Shown: positions 1 to 11,338 of the stretch, piece by piece
Layout of the letters: each line of letters opens with the position of its first letter
Numbering within the stretch: the first letter of the stretch is position 1
NCBI RefSeq assembly: GCF_006345805.1
Contig: NW_021832340.1
Span: 1 to 30,977 of the forward strand
Direction of reading: 5' to 3'
Length of the DNA: 30,977 nucleotides
Source: Octopus sinensis
Taxonomy: Eukaryota
The notes under the pieces: model-generated
What the model was told of the DNA's origin: nothing
Databases searched by the model: none
Seen by the model: only the letters and a program-made list of their open reading frames with translations
Position numbers and translations under genes: made by a program

Positions 1-218
1 CCTAAATAAGAAATTATTTATTTATTATTTACTTATTATTATTGGCAGTTTAGTAGTACAACCAACCGTTTCTCATCATTGAATACGACTTAGTAACATG
101 TACCATGCTTTTGCAAGTTGTTTTAGATGTCTATGCAGTGGTGTGTAGATATAGTCACCATCTCGGTCCTCCAACCATAGACCCAGTGGAGTATCAAAGA
201 TGTAACAGGAGAGAAACT

Positions 219-252
<34 letters not shown>

Positions 253-279
253 GAGAGAGAGAGAGGCGGCTGCACTAAA

Positions 280-415
280 ACCCGACTGGTACTCATTACA
301 GGTGAGTGGAGGGAAACAACGTGAAATGGAATGCCTTGTTCAAGGAAACAACGCACTTTATAGTCTGGGAATGAAAGTCAGACCTTATGCTCATGAGCAA
401 AACACCTTATCCTGA
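280..415 (-). mobile_element. Degraded tRNA-derived SINE (family C), 5' part
   Basis: GGTACTCATTACAGGTGAGTGGAGGGAAACAACGTGAAATGGAATGCCTTGTTCAAGGAAACAACGCAC aligns with the clearer copy at 1957-2193. Confidence 0.65.
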
Positions 416-644
416 TAACTTTAGTCGAAGTTTATCTAAATTCCTTACGTAAGTGCGTGAATTATAACCTCACATGTTTCCTGTCGTGTGATCCAGTAAT
501 TTATGTGAAGTCTTGCATGCAAAGAGATTAAAAGTGCGAATATAAAACAAGTTAGACGTCCCTGCATGGAGAAGGCTTTACTTCTTAACTACAACACGTA
601 TTTTGTTGAATATATTCAACAAAATCCTCAAGTTTGTTGTTTTG

Positions 645-810
645 CTTCGGTTTAGAGCTGATCAAGGAAACCTATAATCACAGCTGTTCCAAACATGGCC
701 ATCTTCATTTTTATTAAGTTGTACTGCCTCTAAGAGTATGTATTACATTGCAAAGTGTGATTTGTGAAATACCTTGTTGCTATTTGTTTTGAATGGAGTA
801 ACCGTGTTGA
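645..810 (+). mobile_element. Degraded interspersed repeat (family E)
   Basis: GCTGATCAAGGAAACCTATAATCACAGCTGTTCCAAACATGGCCATC...GTGTGATTTG...GCTATTT resembles copies at 10690-10790, 11655-12110 and 14890-14970. Confidence 0.55.
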
Positions 811-842
811 GTCCTTCTTAGTTGCTCAAAGCAAGTTAAATA

Positions 843-1053
843 TTAGTTTCGAACTTTGGCACAAGGATAGAAATTTCGGGGGAGAGGGTAAGTCGATTAT
901 ATCGACCCCAGTGCTCAACTGCTACTTATATCAACCTTGAAAGGATGAAAGGTAAAGTTGATCTTAGCAGAATTTGAACCAAGGTCGTGAAGACGGACGA
1001 AATACCGCTAAAAATATCGCCCCGTACTTACGATTGTGCCAGTTCGCCGCCAT
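843..1053 (-). mobile_element. tRNA-derived SINE family B, older monomer
   Basis: Reverse strand reads GGCGGCGAACTGGCACAATCG...GGTTCAAATTCTGC (B-box-like)...CCTTTCATCCTTTC...CTGGGGTCGATATAATCGACTTACCC...CCTTGTGCCAAAGTTCGAAAC. Same body as 1071-1470, 13724-13927 and 18425-18601. Confidence 0.8.
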
Positions 1054-1070
1054 AAGCGAGTTAAATATTA

Positions 1071-1470
1071 TTTCCTGCTTTAGGTACAAGGCCGAAAATT
1101 TTGGGGGAGGGAAGCAGTCGATTAGATCGACCCCAGTACGCAACTGGTACTTAATTTATCAACCCCGAAAGGATGAAAGGCAAAGTCGACCTCGGCGGAA
1201 TTTGAACTCAGAACGTAAAGACAGACAAAATACCTATTGCTTTACTACCCACAAGGGGCTAAACACAGAGGGGGCAAACAAGGACAGACAGCCGGATTAA
1301 GTCGATTATATCGACCCCAGTGCGTAACTGGTACTTATTTAATCGACCCCGAAAGGATGAAAGGCAAATTCGACCTCGGCGGAATTTGAACTCAGAACGT
1401 AATGGCAGACGAAATACTGCTGATAATTTCGCCCGGCGTGCTAACGTTTCTGCCTGCTCGCCGCCTTAAA
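1071..1470 (-). mobile_element. Dimeric tRNA-derived SINE family B with 14-bp target-site duplication
   Basis: Head TAAGGCGGCGAGCAGGCAGAAACGTTAGCACGCCGGGCGAAA, then two copies of the body GAGTTCAAATTCCGCCGAGGTCGA...CCTTTCATCCTTTCGGGG...CTGGGGTCGAT. Flanked by CGAGTTAAATATTA at 1057-1070 and 1471-1484. Confidence 0.9.
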
Positions 1471-1956
1471 CGAGTTAAATATTAAGATGAAATTTATAAG
1501 CTCTGTCTGTCCGTTTGTCTGTCTGTCGCTTAAATAAATTCTTTGTATAAGCATACACATTCATAAACGTATACACGCGGATACACCAGCCCACACACAA
1601 CATATACGGTGAGAGAAACGAAAGCATAGGCACTTCATAGACACACAGACACACACACAGACACACACACACGCACATCACACATATATTTTTAATATGT
1701 TGTCTTGTCAAAGCAGTAAAATAAATGAGTATAATCCCAACCAACTGAGTATGTAAAGCTCATAAGCACGATATATCGTTTACAAACCCAGTTAATTAAC
1801 AACTAATTAATACATCAGAAATAGTATTAAGATTTAAAGGGTATCTAAGTTGAGAAATTTATCGAAACTTAGGACTCCAAGTCCCTCACAGATGTAAAAA
1901 AAAAAAGAATTCGGCAAAACGAAATACAAATAAAAGAAACGAAACACATAAATAAA

Positions 1957-2193
1957 TGTTCCTTCTCGAACCATGCCAGGCTCATAAGGGTCAGTTTTCT
2001 AGTTTCAGTGGCGAAGAAATCCCCCACCTTGGGGGAACGCCGGTCCGTCGCAGGATTACTCATTTTTGCCAGCTGAGTGGACTTGAGCAACGTGAAATGA
2101 AGTGTTTTGTTCAAAAACACAACGCATCGTCCGGCCCAAGAATCGAAACCACAACCTTACAATCATGAGTTCAACACCCTTAATCACTAAGCC
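1957..2193 (-). mobile_element. tRNA-derived SINE family C
   Basis: Reverse strand: GGCTTAGTGATTAAGGG (A-box-like)...GGTTTCGATTC (B-box-like)...TTCATTTCACGTTGCTCAAGTCCACTCAGCTGGCAAAAATGAGTAATCC. Homologous to 21997-22230 and 28640-28881. Confidence 0.85.
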
Positions 2194-2659
2194 TTCACCA
2201 TAAAGCAAAACAAAAACGAAAACGAAGTAAACTAGAATTATTCAATGCCAAAGTAAAGTGGTAAAATTTTTTATGCGAAATGGAAATCGAAACCGTGTAT
2301 AAGACTCAGTATAAGGCAAACTTAGCACCGTACTTTCGATTCCCGCCAATTTGCGCACAAACATTGATTTGTTTGTTTTGATTAGGTAAGGCGGCGCCAT
2401 GCCAACTATGTGTGAATGGATATAATTAACTAAATAATGTGTAGTAAATTACTGGTACACAGCCACACACACACATACACTTACTGAGAAAGTGAGAGGA
2501 GGAGGGAGAGGAGGAAGTAGTGAACGTTTCTATTTACAAATGAAAATAAAATACATAAATGTACACCACATTAGAATACTAAAATAGAAGGTCAGTCTAT
2601 ATCTTATTAGAATAAAAGTTCAAGCTACTTGAATTATGTGTAAGATTTACATTATCGAT

Positions 2660-2933
2660 TTCACACACACACACACACACATACACCCACCCACACACGA
2701 ATTCACATACGCATATGCATACGTACATATATATATATATTTATGAATATGTATATATAATATGTGTATGTGTACGAATGTATATACACACACCTATGTG
2801 TGTATGCAACGTATGTATATACACGGTTATACACACACACACACACACAAACATTATATATATATATATATATATATATAAAGGTATGTGTGTGTGTGTG
2901 TTCGTGTAAATACATACATACATACGTTCATAC

Positions 2934-2989
<56 letters not shown>

Positions 2990-3054
2990 GCCCCAACTTA
3001 TCCGCAGTTCTGCGCACGCGTATAAGGATGTAGATATGTATGCATGTATGTAGG

Positions 3055-3087
<33 letters not shown>

Positions 3088-3122
3088 TACATATATATAT
3101 ATATATATACATATATATATAC

Positions 3123-3153
<31 letters not shown>

Positions 3154-3155
3154 CA

Positions 3156-3246
<91 letters not shown>

Positions 3247-3268
3247 CATACATACATATATATATATA
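2660..3268. repeat. Compound (CA)n/(TACA)n/(TA)n microsatellite array
   Basis: Directly visible; gives the poly-YI/CV/HT ORFs. Confidence 0.95.
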
Positions 3269-3739
3269 GTTAGAAAAATTACGCCTGGGCGACTACAGGT
3301 TCGACCTGTAATCGTCCAGGCCATGACTCATTCAACAGGACTACCTGGAGAAGACACTTTATCATGTTTTCCTCTTCCATTTTTCAGTCATATTTGAGCA
3401 AAGCGTTCTTGTTTGCAAGAGATATACATAAGTGTAGGCAATTGAGCCCACTGAATGCTACAAGCACCCCTCTCTCCTCTTATGCATCTTGGGATGAGGT
3501 CAAAGCAAGCAGGACCATATGTGTATGTGTGTGTGTATGTGTGTATATGTATATAATCTGGATCCTAATGTAAGCGTTATTAATAATATTATGAATGATA
3601 ATAATGGTAACATTTATTGTATTGACAACGATAATGATGCTAACTTCAATGACACTTTAGAAATTAGTATGAAGTAATATAATGTACTATTGCCTATGTA
3701 TATTTGCATCTAGGTACTAATATGTGTATGTTTATTATC

Positions 3740-4265
3740 ACAATATTTAGTCGAAAAATTGAGACGTTGAATGTGGAACATATATATTTTTACTAATTTA
3801 GATTTATTATTTATATCATTATGTATATGTATATTTTTTATGTATAGGAGTGTGAGTATATGCACTCATATGTATATTGATATGTTGTATTATGGGTATG
3901 TACCACACCCATGTGGATATATATGTAGAACTGATTTATATTACATAACTCCGAAGAGGCCTTATGATATTTTGTAAATGTCTCATTTATATCTATATAT
4001 TGACTTACCATAAAAGGCTAATATTGGTAAAATAGACATACTTATCTACATGGCCGAAACAGCTGTAAGATGTAATCTATACTTACATTTATATTACTTA
4101 TATTTATATTCTCTTTTATATATATATTCTACTTATTATACATCATTACTCTTTTATGTACACTTTTTTATGTACACTACTGTATGTACACTGATTTGTT
4201 CTGCTTTTTATATGTAACCCTACAGTCTCTTATGTGGTGGTTTAATAAAGTATGTGACTGAGTAT
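3740..4265 (+). mobile_element. Penelope-like pseudo-LTR or retrozyme-like repeat carrying a hammerhead-like motif
   Basis: AT-rich block with CCGAAGA-GGCC...GGCC-GAAAC-AGCT-GTA at 3951-4067 and AATAAA near 4244. No RT ORF; the class is inferred from the motif. Confidence 0.5.
3940..4076 (+). ncRNA. Type I minimal hammerhead ribozyme-like motif with 90-nt stem II loop and a U4-to-C core change
   Basis: Stem I ATTACAT(AA)CT 3940-3950 / AGATGTAAT 4068-4076; core CCGAAGA 3951-3957; stem II GGCC 3958-3961 / GGCC 4052-4055; GAAA 4056-4059; palindromic stem III ACAGCTGT; cleavage triplet GUA 4065-4067. Confidence 0.55.
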
Positions 4266-4299
4266 TATCGTGTAATTGATATTTGATTTAGATGTATTT

Positions 4300-4336
4300 C
4301 TCCATTTATATGTATATACACACATGTATATACATA

Positions 4337-4372
<36 letters not shown>

Positions 4373-4418
4373 TGTATGTATGTGTCTGTAAACATATATA
4401 AATATAAGAATGTACGCA

Positions 4419-4453
<35 letters not shown>

Positions 4454-4610
4454 CATACATACAACGTATATATATATAGATATACATACATATATATATA
4501 TACACGCACACAACGTATATATGTTTATATATGTATATATACACATATATAATTATACACACACGCATCATTCGCGCACGTGTATATATATATGTATGTG
4601 TGTGTGTGTG
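4300..4610. repeat. Compound (TATG)n/(TA)n microsatellite
   Basis: Directly visible. Confidence 0.9.
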
Positions 4611-5094
4611 AAGTAGAATTAATAATTAATGTAGAAACATATCTATATAAACGGCCGAACCTGTGTATGCGTGTGTGTGCGTGTACGCGCACACGTGTAT
4701 GTGTGTGTATTCATGTATGAACACATTCACAGGTGTATAAAATTTTAAAATTATTACTAAAACAGTATAATATAAACCTGTCAATTGTTAGATATGTATA
4801 TTAAGTTCACTATCATTTTACTTGGTTTTCTTTGTTATTTTTTACACTCTCTTTTCTTTTTTCTCTCTTTACCTCTTTCATACACACACACACACACAGA
4901 GACATACATACACGCACGTACACATATATATGTGTGCGCAGATATATGCACACCTATTTCACCAAAAGCAGGACAAAAACGAAACTCAAACATACTCCAG
5001 TATGGCCAGAGCCTTTTGCTGAAACGTAAAGAATAATAGATATGTATACAGATATGATGTATCATATTGCATATATATATATATATATATATAT

Positions 5095-5145
<51 letters not shown>

Positions 5146-5147
5146 TA

Positions 5148-5361
5148 CTCTTTTACTTGTTTCAGTCATTTGAGCACCGCTTTTAGTCGAACAAATCGAC
5201 CCTCAGGACTTATTCTTGTAGCCTAGTACTTATTCAAACGGTCTCTTTGGCCGAACCGATAAGTTACGGGGGCGTAAACACACCAGCATCGGTTGTCAAG
5301 CGATGTTGGGGGGACAAACACAGACACAAATCATATATACGGACACACACACACACGCACA

Positions 5362-5402
<41 letters not shown>

Positions 5403-5535
5403 TACATACGACATGCTTCTTTCAGTTTCCGTCTACCAAATTCACTCACAAGGCTTTGGTCGGCCCGAGGCTATAGTAGAAGACGCTTGCCCAAGGTGCC
5501 TCGCAGTGGGACTGAATCCGGAACTATGTGGTTTG
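5148..5535 (-). mobile_element. tRNA-derived SINE family A, 5'-truncated, with internal (CA)n
   Basis: Reverse complement of the 6505-6902 element from the CCACAT-GTTCCGG segment to the GTAAAAGAG tail. Confidence 0.9.
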
Positions 5536-5580
<45 letters not shown>

Positions 5581-5771
5581 TATATATATTATTATTATTT
5601 ATATATGTGTGTGTGTGTGTGTGTGCATGGTGTATACGTATATATATATAATATATATATATATATACTTTTTTTTTGAAGAGTAAAATCGTGAGTGACT
5701 TTGAAGCTCCGCTTAATGTTGCCTTTATCAGACTGACGAAGGCAACTTAATATGAAACCTCGGAAGTACTC

Positions 5772-5975
<204 letters not shown>

Positions 5976-6189
5976 ATAATTTCTTTCCTTCTTTTCATTA
6001 TTATCATTCTTAGAATCTGAAGCTTCTCAAGTGTTTACTCTGGGTTTCTGTTGCTGATTCCAAGTAATTTACTCGTTGTCAATCAGCGACCATTCGCAAA
6101 ACCCCAGCTTCTAATACATAAATTTCCATTCTTCTTTAGGTATTGAGTACGTTCCCTTCATGTTTGTGTAAACATTCATCTCCCTCTTT

Positions 6190-6251
<62 letters not shown>

Positions 6252-6347
6252 TACATATTTATTATGTATATATATACATATCTATATATATTATATATAT
6301 ATATATATATATATTTATTATAGATATATTATTATACATATCATGTC

Positions 6348-6381
<34 letters not shown>

Positions 6382-6423
6382 ATATATATACATATTATAA
6401 TATGTTACATATTTATATATATG

Positions 6424-6461
<38 letters not shown>

Positions 6462-6504
6462 TTAATATATATTTATATATTATATATACATATATACATA
6501 TATA
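6190..6504. repeat. Degenerate (TA)n array
   Basis: Directly visible. Confidence 0.9.
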
Positions 6505-6902
6505 GGCATAGGAGTGGCTGTGTGGTAAGTAGCTTGCTTACCAACCACATGGTACCGGGTTCATTTCCACTGAGTGGCACTTGGGTAGTGTCTTCTACTA
6601 TAGCCCCGGGCCGACCAAAGCCTTGTGAGTGGATTTGGTTGACGGAAACTGAAAGAAGCCCGTCGTATATATGTATGTATGTATATATATGTGTGTGTGT
6701 GCGTGTTTGTGTGTCTGTATCGCTTGACAACCGATGCTGGTGTGTTTATGTTCCCGTTACTTAGCGGTTCGGCAAAAAGAGACCGATAGAATAAGTACTA
6801 GGCTTACAAAGAATAAGTCCTGGGGTCGATTTGCTCGACTAAAAGGTGGTGTTCCAGCATGGCCACAGTCAAATGACTGAAACAAGTAAAAGAGTAAAAG
6901 AG
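6505..6902 (+). mobile_element. tRNA-derived SINE family A, full length
   Basis: GGCATAGGAGTGGCTGTGTGGTAAGTAGC (A-box-like), GGGTTCATTTCCCAC-like B-box region, internal (TA)(TG) spacer, 3' module ending GAAACAAGTAAAAGAGTAAAAGAG. Embedded in (TA)n. Intact copies carry CCTTGGGCAAG, reminiscent of the CORE-SINE domain. Confidence 0.92.
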
Positions 6903-7026
6903 TATATATATATATATATATATATGAATCTTCGTTTTTACATTATATTAAACTTATTTATGACAATCAATTAAAGGTTAAATTCATACTCAATACTTTT
7001 AGTATTACTTTTTGCAAGGAAAATCT

Positions 7027-7061
7027 TGACACTGACTTCGAAGTTTCGACTTGCAGTGTCA
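7027..7061 (-). ncRNA. Truncated hammerhead-like relic lacking the CUGANGA box
   Basis: Minus strand TGACACT-GCAAGTC-GAAA-C-TTCGAA-GTC-AGTGTCA: 7-bp stem I, GAAAC, palindromic stem III and GUC triplet. Confidence 0.3.
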
Positions 7062-7136
7062 TCTCGCCCACACACACACATACACACACATGTATATACA
7101 TATACATATATGTCCACATACACACATGTATATGCG

Positions 7137-7189
<53 letters not shown>

Positions 7190-7190
<1 letters not shown>

Positions 7191-7395
7191 AAACCTTAGC
7201 GACTGAAGAAGGGGATTTTTCGTTGTGCTTATTGTCCTGTATCTCTTTTTTTGCTTGTCTTGTTCCTTGGTTTGTGTCTATGTTTTTCGTCTCTCTATGT
7301 GTTCGACGTCTTTTTGGTGTCCTGTACACATATATGCGTGTATATGTACATGTAGAGGTAGGTACGTACATATATGTTTATATATATGCATATGT
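7190..7395 (+). mobile_element. Interspersed repeat family F, partial
   Basis: GCGACTGAAGAAGGGGA...GTTCGACGTCTTTTTGGTGTCCTGTACACATATATGCG...GTAGGTACGTACATATATG is the reverse complement of 9130-9390 and 15590-15850. Confidence 0.85.
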
Positions 7396-7409
7396 TCTAT
7401 TTTATTAAC

Positions 7410-7445
<36 letters not shown>

Positions 7446-7694
7446 ACAATGATAAATCTCAGAGCGAGTTATAACCATGATTGTCACACGCTGATGAAAG
7501 GTAAACACCTTGAAACTCGGGTACGTGTGTATCATGTGTTGAAGACGGGGAGGATGACTCCCTTTCACAAATACTGACAGGACACAGATAGTGTGTCTAT
7601 AGCCAGCGGGAGGAGGTGTCTTCCTGGGGCTACAAACTACAGTAGCATCCACCCTTTTGGGTTAGTCATATTCAAATGGCATATATGCATCACG

Positions 7695-7788
<94 letters not shown>

Positions 7789-7816
7789 TTAAATATATGT
7801 ATATATATATATGTGT

Positions 7817-7948
7817 GTGTGGTTAAGAAGCTCGTTTTTCAACTAAGCTGTTTCGGTTTCAGTCCCACTACGTAGTACTTTAGCTGGTGTCTTCTATTAT
7901 ATTTCCTATTCCTAGGACAATCACAACCCTGCGATTGAATTTGGTGGA
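7817..7948 (+). mobile_element. Degraded family A SINE head
   Basis: GTGTGGTTAAGAAGCTCG...GGTTTCAGTCCCACTACGTAG...GTGTCTTCTATTAT. Confidence 0.6.
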
Positions 7949-7967
7949 ATTATATATATTATATATA

Positions 7968-7972
7968 TATGA

Positions 7973-8035
<63 letters not shown>

Positions 8036-8058
8036 AGAGAGAGACAGAGAGACAGAGA
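7968..8058. repeat. (GA)n microsatellite
   Basis: Directly visible; gives the ERER/SLSL ORFs. Confidence 0.95.
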
Positions 8059-8204
8059 GAGTGGCTGTGTGGTAAGTAGCTTGCTAACCAACCACATGAT
8101 TCTGGGTAGCACCTTGGGCAAGTGTCTTCTGCTACATAGCCTCGAGCCGACCAAAGCCTTGTGAGTGGATGTGGTAGACGGAATCTGAAAGGAGCCCATT
8201 CTCT

Positions 8205-8252
<48 letters not shown>

Positions 8253-8455
8253 GTTTTTGTGTATGTGTTTGTCTCCCCCACCCTCGCTTGACAACCGATG
8301 TTGGTGTGTCTACGTCCCCGTATCTAAGCGCTTCGACAAAAGAACGATAGAATAAGTACTAGGCTTAGAAAAGAATATGTTCTGGGTTGATTTGTTCGAC
8401 TAAAGGCAGTGCTCCAGCATGGCCGCAGTCAAATGACTGAAACAAATAAAAGAAT
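8059..8455 (+). mobile_element. tRNA-derived SINE family A with B-box-region deletion
   Basis: GAGTGGCTGTGTGGTAAGTAGCTTGC...CCACATGATTCTGGG-(deletion)-TAGCACCTTGGGCAAGTGTCTTCT...GTGCTCCAGCATGGCCGCAGTCAAATGACTGAAAC; internal (CT)n(TA)n. Confidence 0.9.
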
Positions 8456-8501
8456 AAATGAATACATAAAAATTAATATGCATACATATAGATTGGTATA
8501 C

Positions 8502-8557
<56 letters not shown>

Positions 8558-8599
8558 ATATACATATATTTATGTGTGTGTGTGTGTGTCTTTGCGTTT

Positions 8600-8700
8600 C
8601 TGTTTATTCCTCCTCCAACACTTGACAACTGGTGCTGGTTTGTTTACGTCCTAATAACTTATTGGTTCGCAAAAGGCCGATAGAATAAGAGCCAGACTTT
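8600..8700 (+). mobile_element. Family A SINE 3' fragment
   Basis: CTTGACAACTGGTGCTGGTTTGTTTACGTCC...GGTTCGCAAAAGGCCGATAGAATAAG. Confidence 0.65.
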
Positions 8701-8802
8701 TAAAAAAGATCCACGAAGAAAAAAGGAGAAGAAGAACAGGGGGGGGGAATCGAGGGATAAACCCTTGCATAATGGCTGAATATATACATATATATACATA
8801 TT

Positions 8803-9087
8803 TCACCGTGATCGACCAGGCAATCAGATGTTGCTACACATCGCTGGTCACAATGCGCTTCGCATTGTTTTAGCCTTCAAATGACGCCACCCCGCTGGCT
8901 AAGCGGGCAGGCCAGCAGAAGAAAGAGTGAGATAAAGTTGTGGGGAAAGAGAACAGCAGGGATCGCTACCACCCCCTGCCGGAGCCTCGTGGAACTTTAG
9001 GTGTTTTTGCTCAATAAACACTCACAATGCCCGGTCTGGGAATCGAAACAACGAGCCGCTGCCGTAACCACTGGGCCATTGCGCCTC

Positions 9088-9088
<1 letters not shown>
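8803..9088 (-). mobile_element. tRNA-derived SINE family D (possibly octopus OR-type)
   Basis: Reverse strand: GGAGGCGCAATGGCCCAGTGGTTA (A box)...GTTTCGATTCCCAGACCGGG (B box)...GCTAAAACAATGCGAAGCGCATTGTGACCAGCGATGTGTAGCAACATCTG. The family name is recalled, not verified. Confidence 0.85.
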
Positions 9089-9123
<35 letters not shown>

Positions 9124-9129
9124 ATATTA

Positions 9130-9387
9130 TAAATAATATATAAATATATGCATATATACATACATATACGTACATACCTACATCAATATGTATATATACA
9201 TGCATATATGGGTAAAGGACATAAAATAAAAAACAAAAAAACTCGAACACAATGAGAAACGAAAACATAAAACCCAAACATGGAAACGAACTGTTTTTCA
9301 AAGAACGGAAAAAACAGAGTACAAGACATACAATACAAGGAATATTCCCCTTCTTCAGATGTCCCTGTTTCGTCTATTCCGCGTTTA

Positions 9388-9390
<3 letters not shown>
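9130..9390 (-). mobile_element. Interspersed repeat family F, partial
   Basis: High similarity to 15590-15850 (ATATATGGGTA..GGAC, ATGAGAAACGAAAAC, GAGTACAAGACATACAA, TTCCCCTTCTTCAG). Confidence 0.85.
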
Positions 9391-9421
<31 letters not shown>

Positions 9422-9577
9422 CATACATACATACACCACACACACACACACACACATATAATATATATATAATATACACACACACATACAAACATATGTG
9501 TAAATCTATATATTTTTATTTTTATTTTTTTTACTTTATCTAGTTTCAGCTCACGAGCTGTGGCCATGCTGCAGCAC

Positions 9578-9668
<91 letters not shown>

Positions 9669-9790
9669 CATATGTGTGTATTATATAAGGTTGTATATCT
9701 GAGAGTCGTTACACACACACAGACACATACACACACGTCCTTTCACTCACTCACTCACACACACACTCACTCACTCACTCACTCACTCAC
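9390..9790. repeat. Mosaic (TACA)n, (TA)n, (TG)n, (CACT)n microsatellites
   Basis: Directly visible. Confidence 0.85.
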
Positions 9791-9979
9791 ATTTAAGTAC
9801 ATGCCAACATACAGCCCGAGGGAACAGAAACAGCAACATAGTCAGAAAACACCTACCTCAACAACTTCGTTACACTTTCAAGTTACACAAGTAAAAGCAA
9901 ATCCAGTTTGCGTCTAATTGAGAAGCGAAAGTTTTGCTTGCTTGGAACTTCTGTTGTCGTCTGCTAACGCAGAAATATC

Positions 9980-10066
9980 CATAGCAGTAGTTGTAGCACA
10001 AGTAGTAGCAGCAGAAGCAACAGCAGCAGCAGTAGCCACAATATCAGTAGCAGTTGTAGTGTTGTC

Positions 10067-10097
<31 letters not shown>

Positions 10098-10133
10098 AAT
10101 TTACATGTTAATATGAAAAGTCGTATGATTATG

Positions 10134-10196
<63 letters not shown>
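9980..10196. repeat. Degenerate (AGC/AGT)n tract followed by (TA)n
   Basis: GTAGCAGCAGAAGCAACAGCAGCAGCAGTAGC...(GTA)n, then about 60 bp of (TA)n. Confidence 0.85.
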
Positions 10197-10199
<3 letters not shown>

Positions 10200-10689
10200 A
10201 CGTGTATGCACGCGTTCGCACTTCTATTCTCTCTCTCTTTCTCTGTCTATCTGTCTATTGGAATCTCTATATGTCTGTGTGCGCGCGGGCAGGTTTGTTC
10301 GTTGTTCGTATAAAGCTAATCGTCGCATTAGTTTCTTTCTTCAGATCTGTCCCCTTTTCCTTGTATATGCCTGGGACGTTTCCCTCTCCATTCCTTGCCA
10401 GAAACTGAACTTATAGACAGCGTTAAAGAAAATATAAAATCACTACGGTTAGTCATTCAGAGACGCCATCTGCATGTACAACAATAGTTAAGTTGGTGCG
10501 ATTATATATCTAATGTTATGTACAACAAAAACCACTATATTTCCTCGGAAATATTCATAATTTGTTGTTGGTGCAGTTTTGATTTCCTTGTTATGGCCCG
10601 TACATAAAACCCATCTTAATTCATTTCTTTGATAATTATGCCGTCCAATAGTCGAGTGGGTTATGATATTGTCACCCAGCATTCGTTGC

Positions 10690-10790
10690 TTCTGTGATCG
10701 TTGTTTTAACCCAGATCAATCTTGAACTTGTAGATTTAGGCAATCATTCAGAGGTATTCCAGCCGTGGCCATTTCGCCTTTATGACATTA
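10690..10790 (+). mobile_element. Family E repeat fragment
   Basis: GTTGTTTTAACCCAGATCAATCTTG...AGAGGTATTCCAGCCGTGGCCATTTCGCC. Confidence 0.5.
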
Positions 10791-11264
10791 TTCAACGAGT
10801 TCTTTTTTTTTTTTTAATGAAAGTGTGGTGTAACTTTATCCTCAGACGAGTGACCCGACGAAGTATAACAGTTTGTGGTTTGCTGTCGTGGCTCGAAGCA
10901 AAGCAATTTTTTTTTTTACTGAAAGGTACTATACATTTGTTATATATTTGTTGACGAATGAAAAGAAAAAAAGACAACAAAAGAAAACGTAAGATAATGT
11001 TGATGAGAAGATAGCTAAAGAGACACAAAGAACAAGTTGTGTGTATGAGAGAGAAAAAGAGAGAGCGTGAGAGCGAGAGAGAGAGAGAGGAGAGAGTGAA
11101 AGAGGTATAGAATAGGGAAACAAAAAGTATTAAAGGAGATCAAAGGAATTTATGGATAAACAGAACCAGGAAACTCAGAGTAGCAAGAAAGAGATGTCAA
11201 CTTCGAATAAATGTATAAACCCGATATTTATTGCATTTTCTCTTCCTTCTAAATCTAAACGCCT

Positions 11265-11265
<1 letters not shown>

Positions 11266-11338
<73 letters not shown>
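11266..11338. repeat. (CTAT)n tetranucleotide
   Basis: Directly visible; a similar tract lies at about 8500-8557. Confidence 0.95.

Noticed and set aside
974-1300. 108-aa ORF with complex-looking sequence
   Set aside because: Lies entirely within family B SINE copies, antisense to the SINE.
2335-2405. E2F-like TTCCCGCC and GGCGCCATG motifs as a promoter
   Set aside because: Isolated short motifs with no supporting ORF or CpG island.
3283-3321. Similarity of the hairpin to 7SL/Alu words (GCCTGGGC, CCTGTAGTC)
   Set aside because: Two short words only, wrong spacing, and no SRP RNA body.
9918-10313. 131-aa Ala/Val-rich ORF resembling a signal peptide
   Set aside because: Derived from a degenerate (AGC/AGT)n tract and (TA)n; no splice or homology support.
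10488-10954. Two ORFs of 64 and 86 aa in complex sequence
   Set aside because: Partly overlap a family E repeat; no recognisable motif in any frame.
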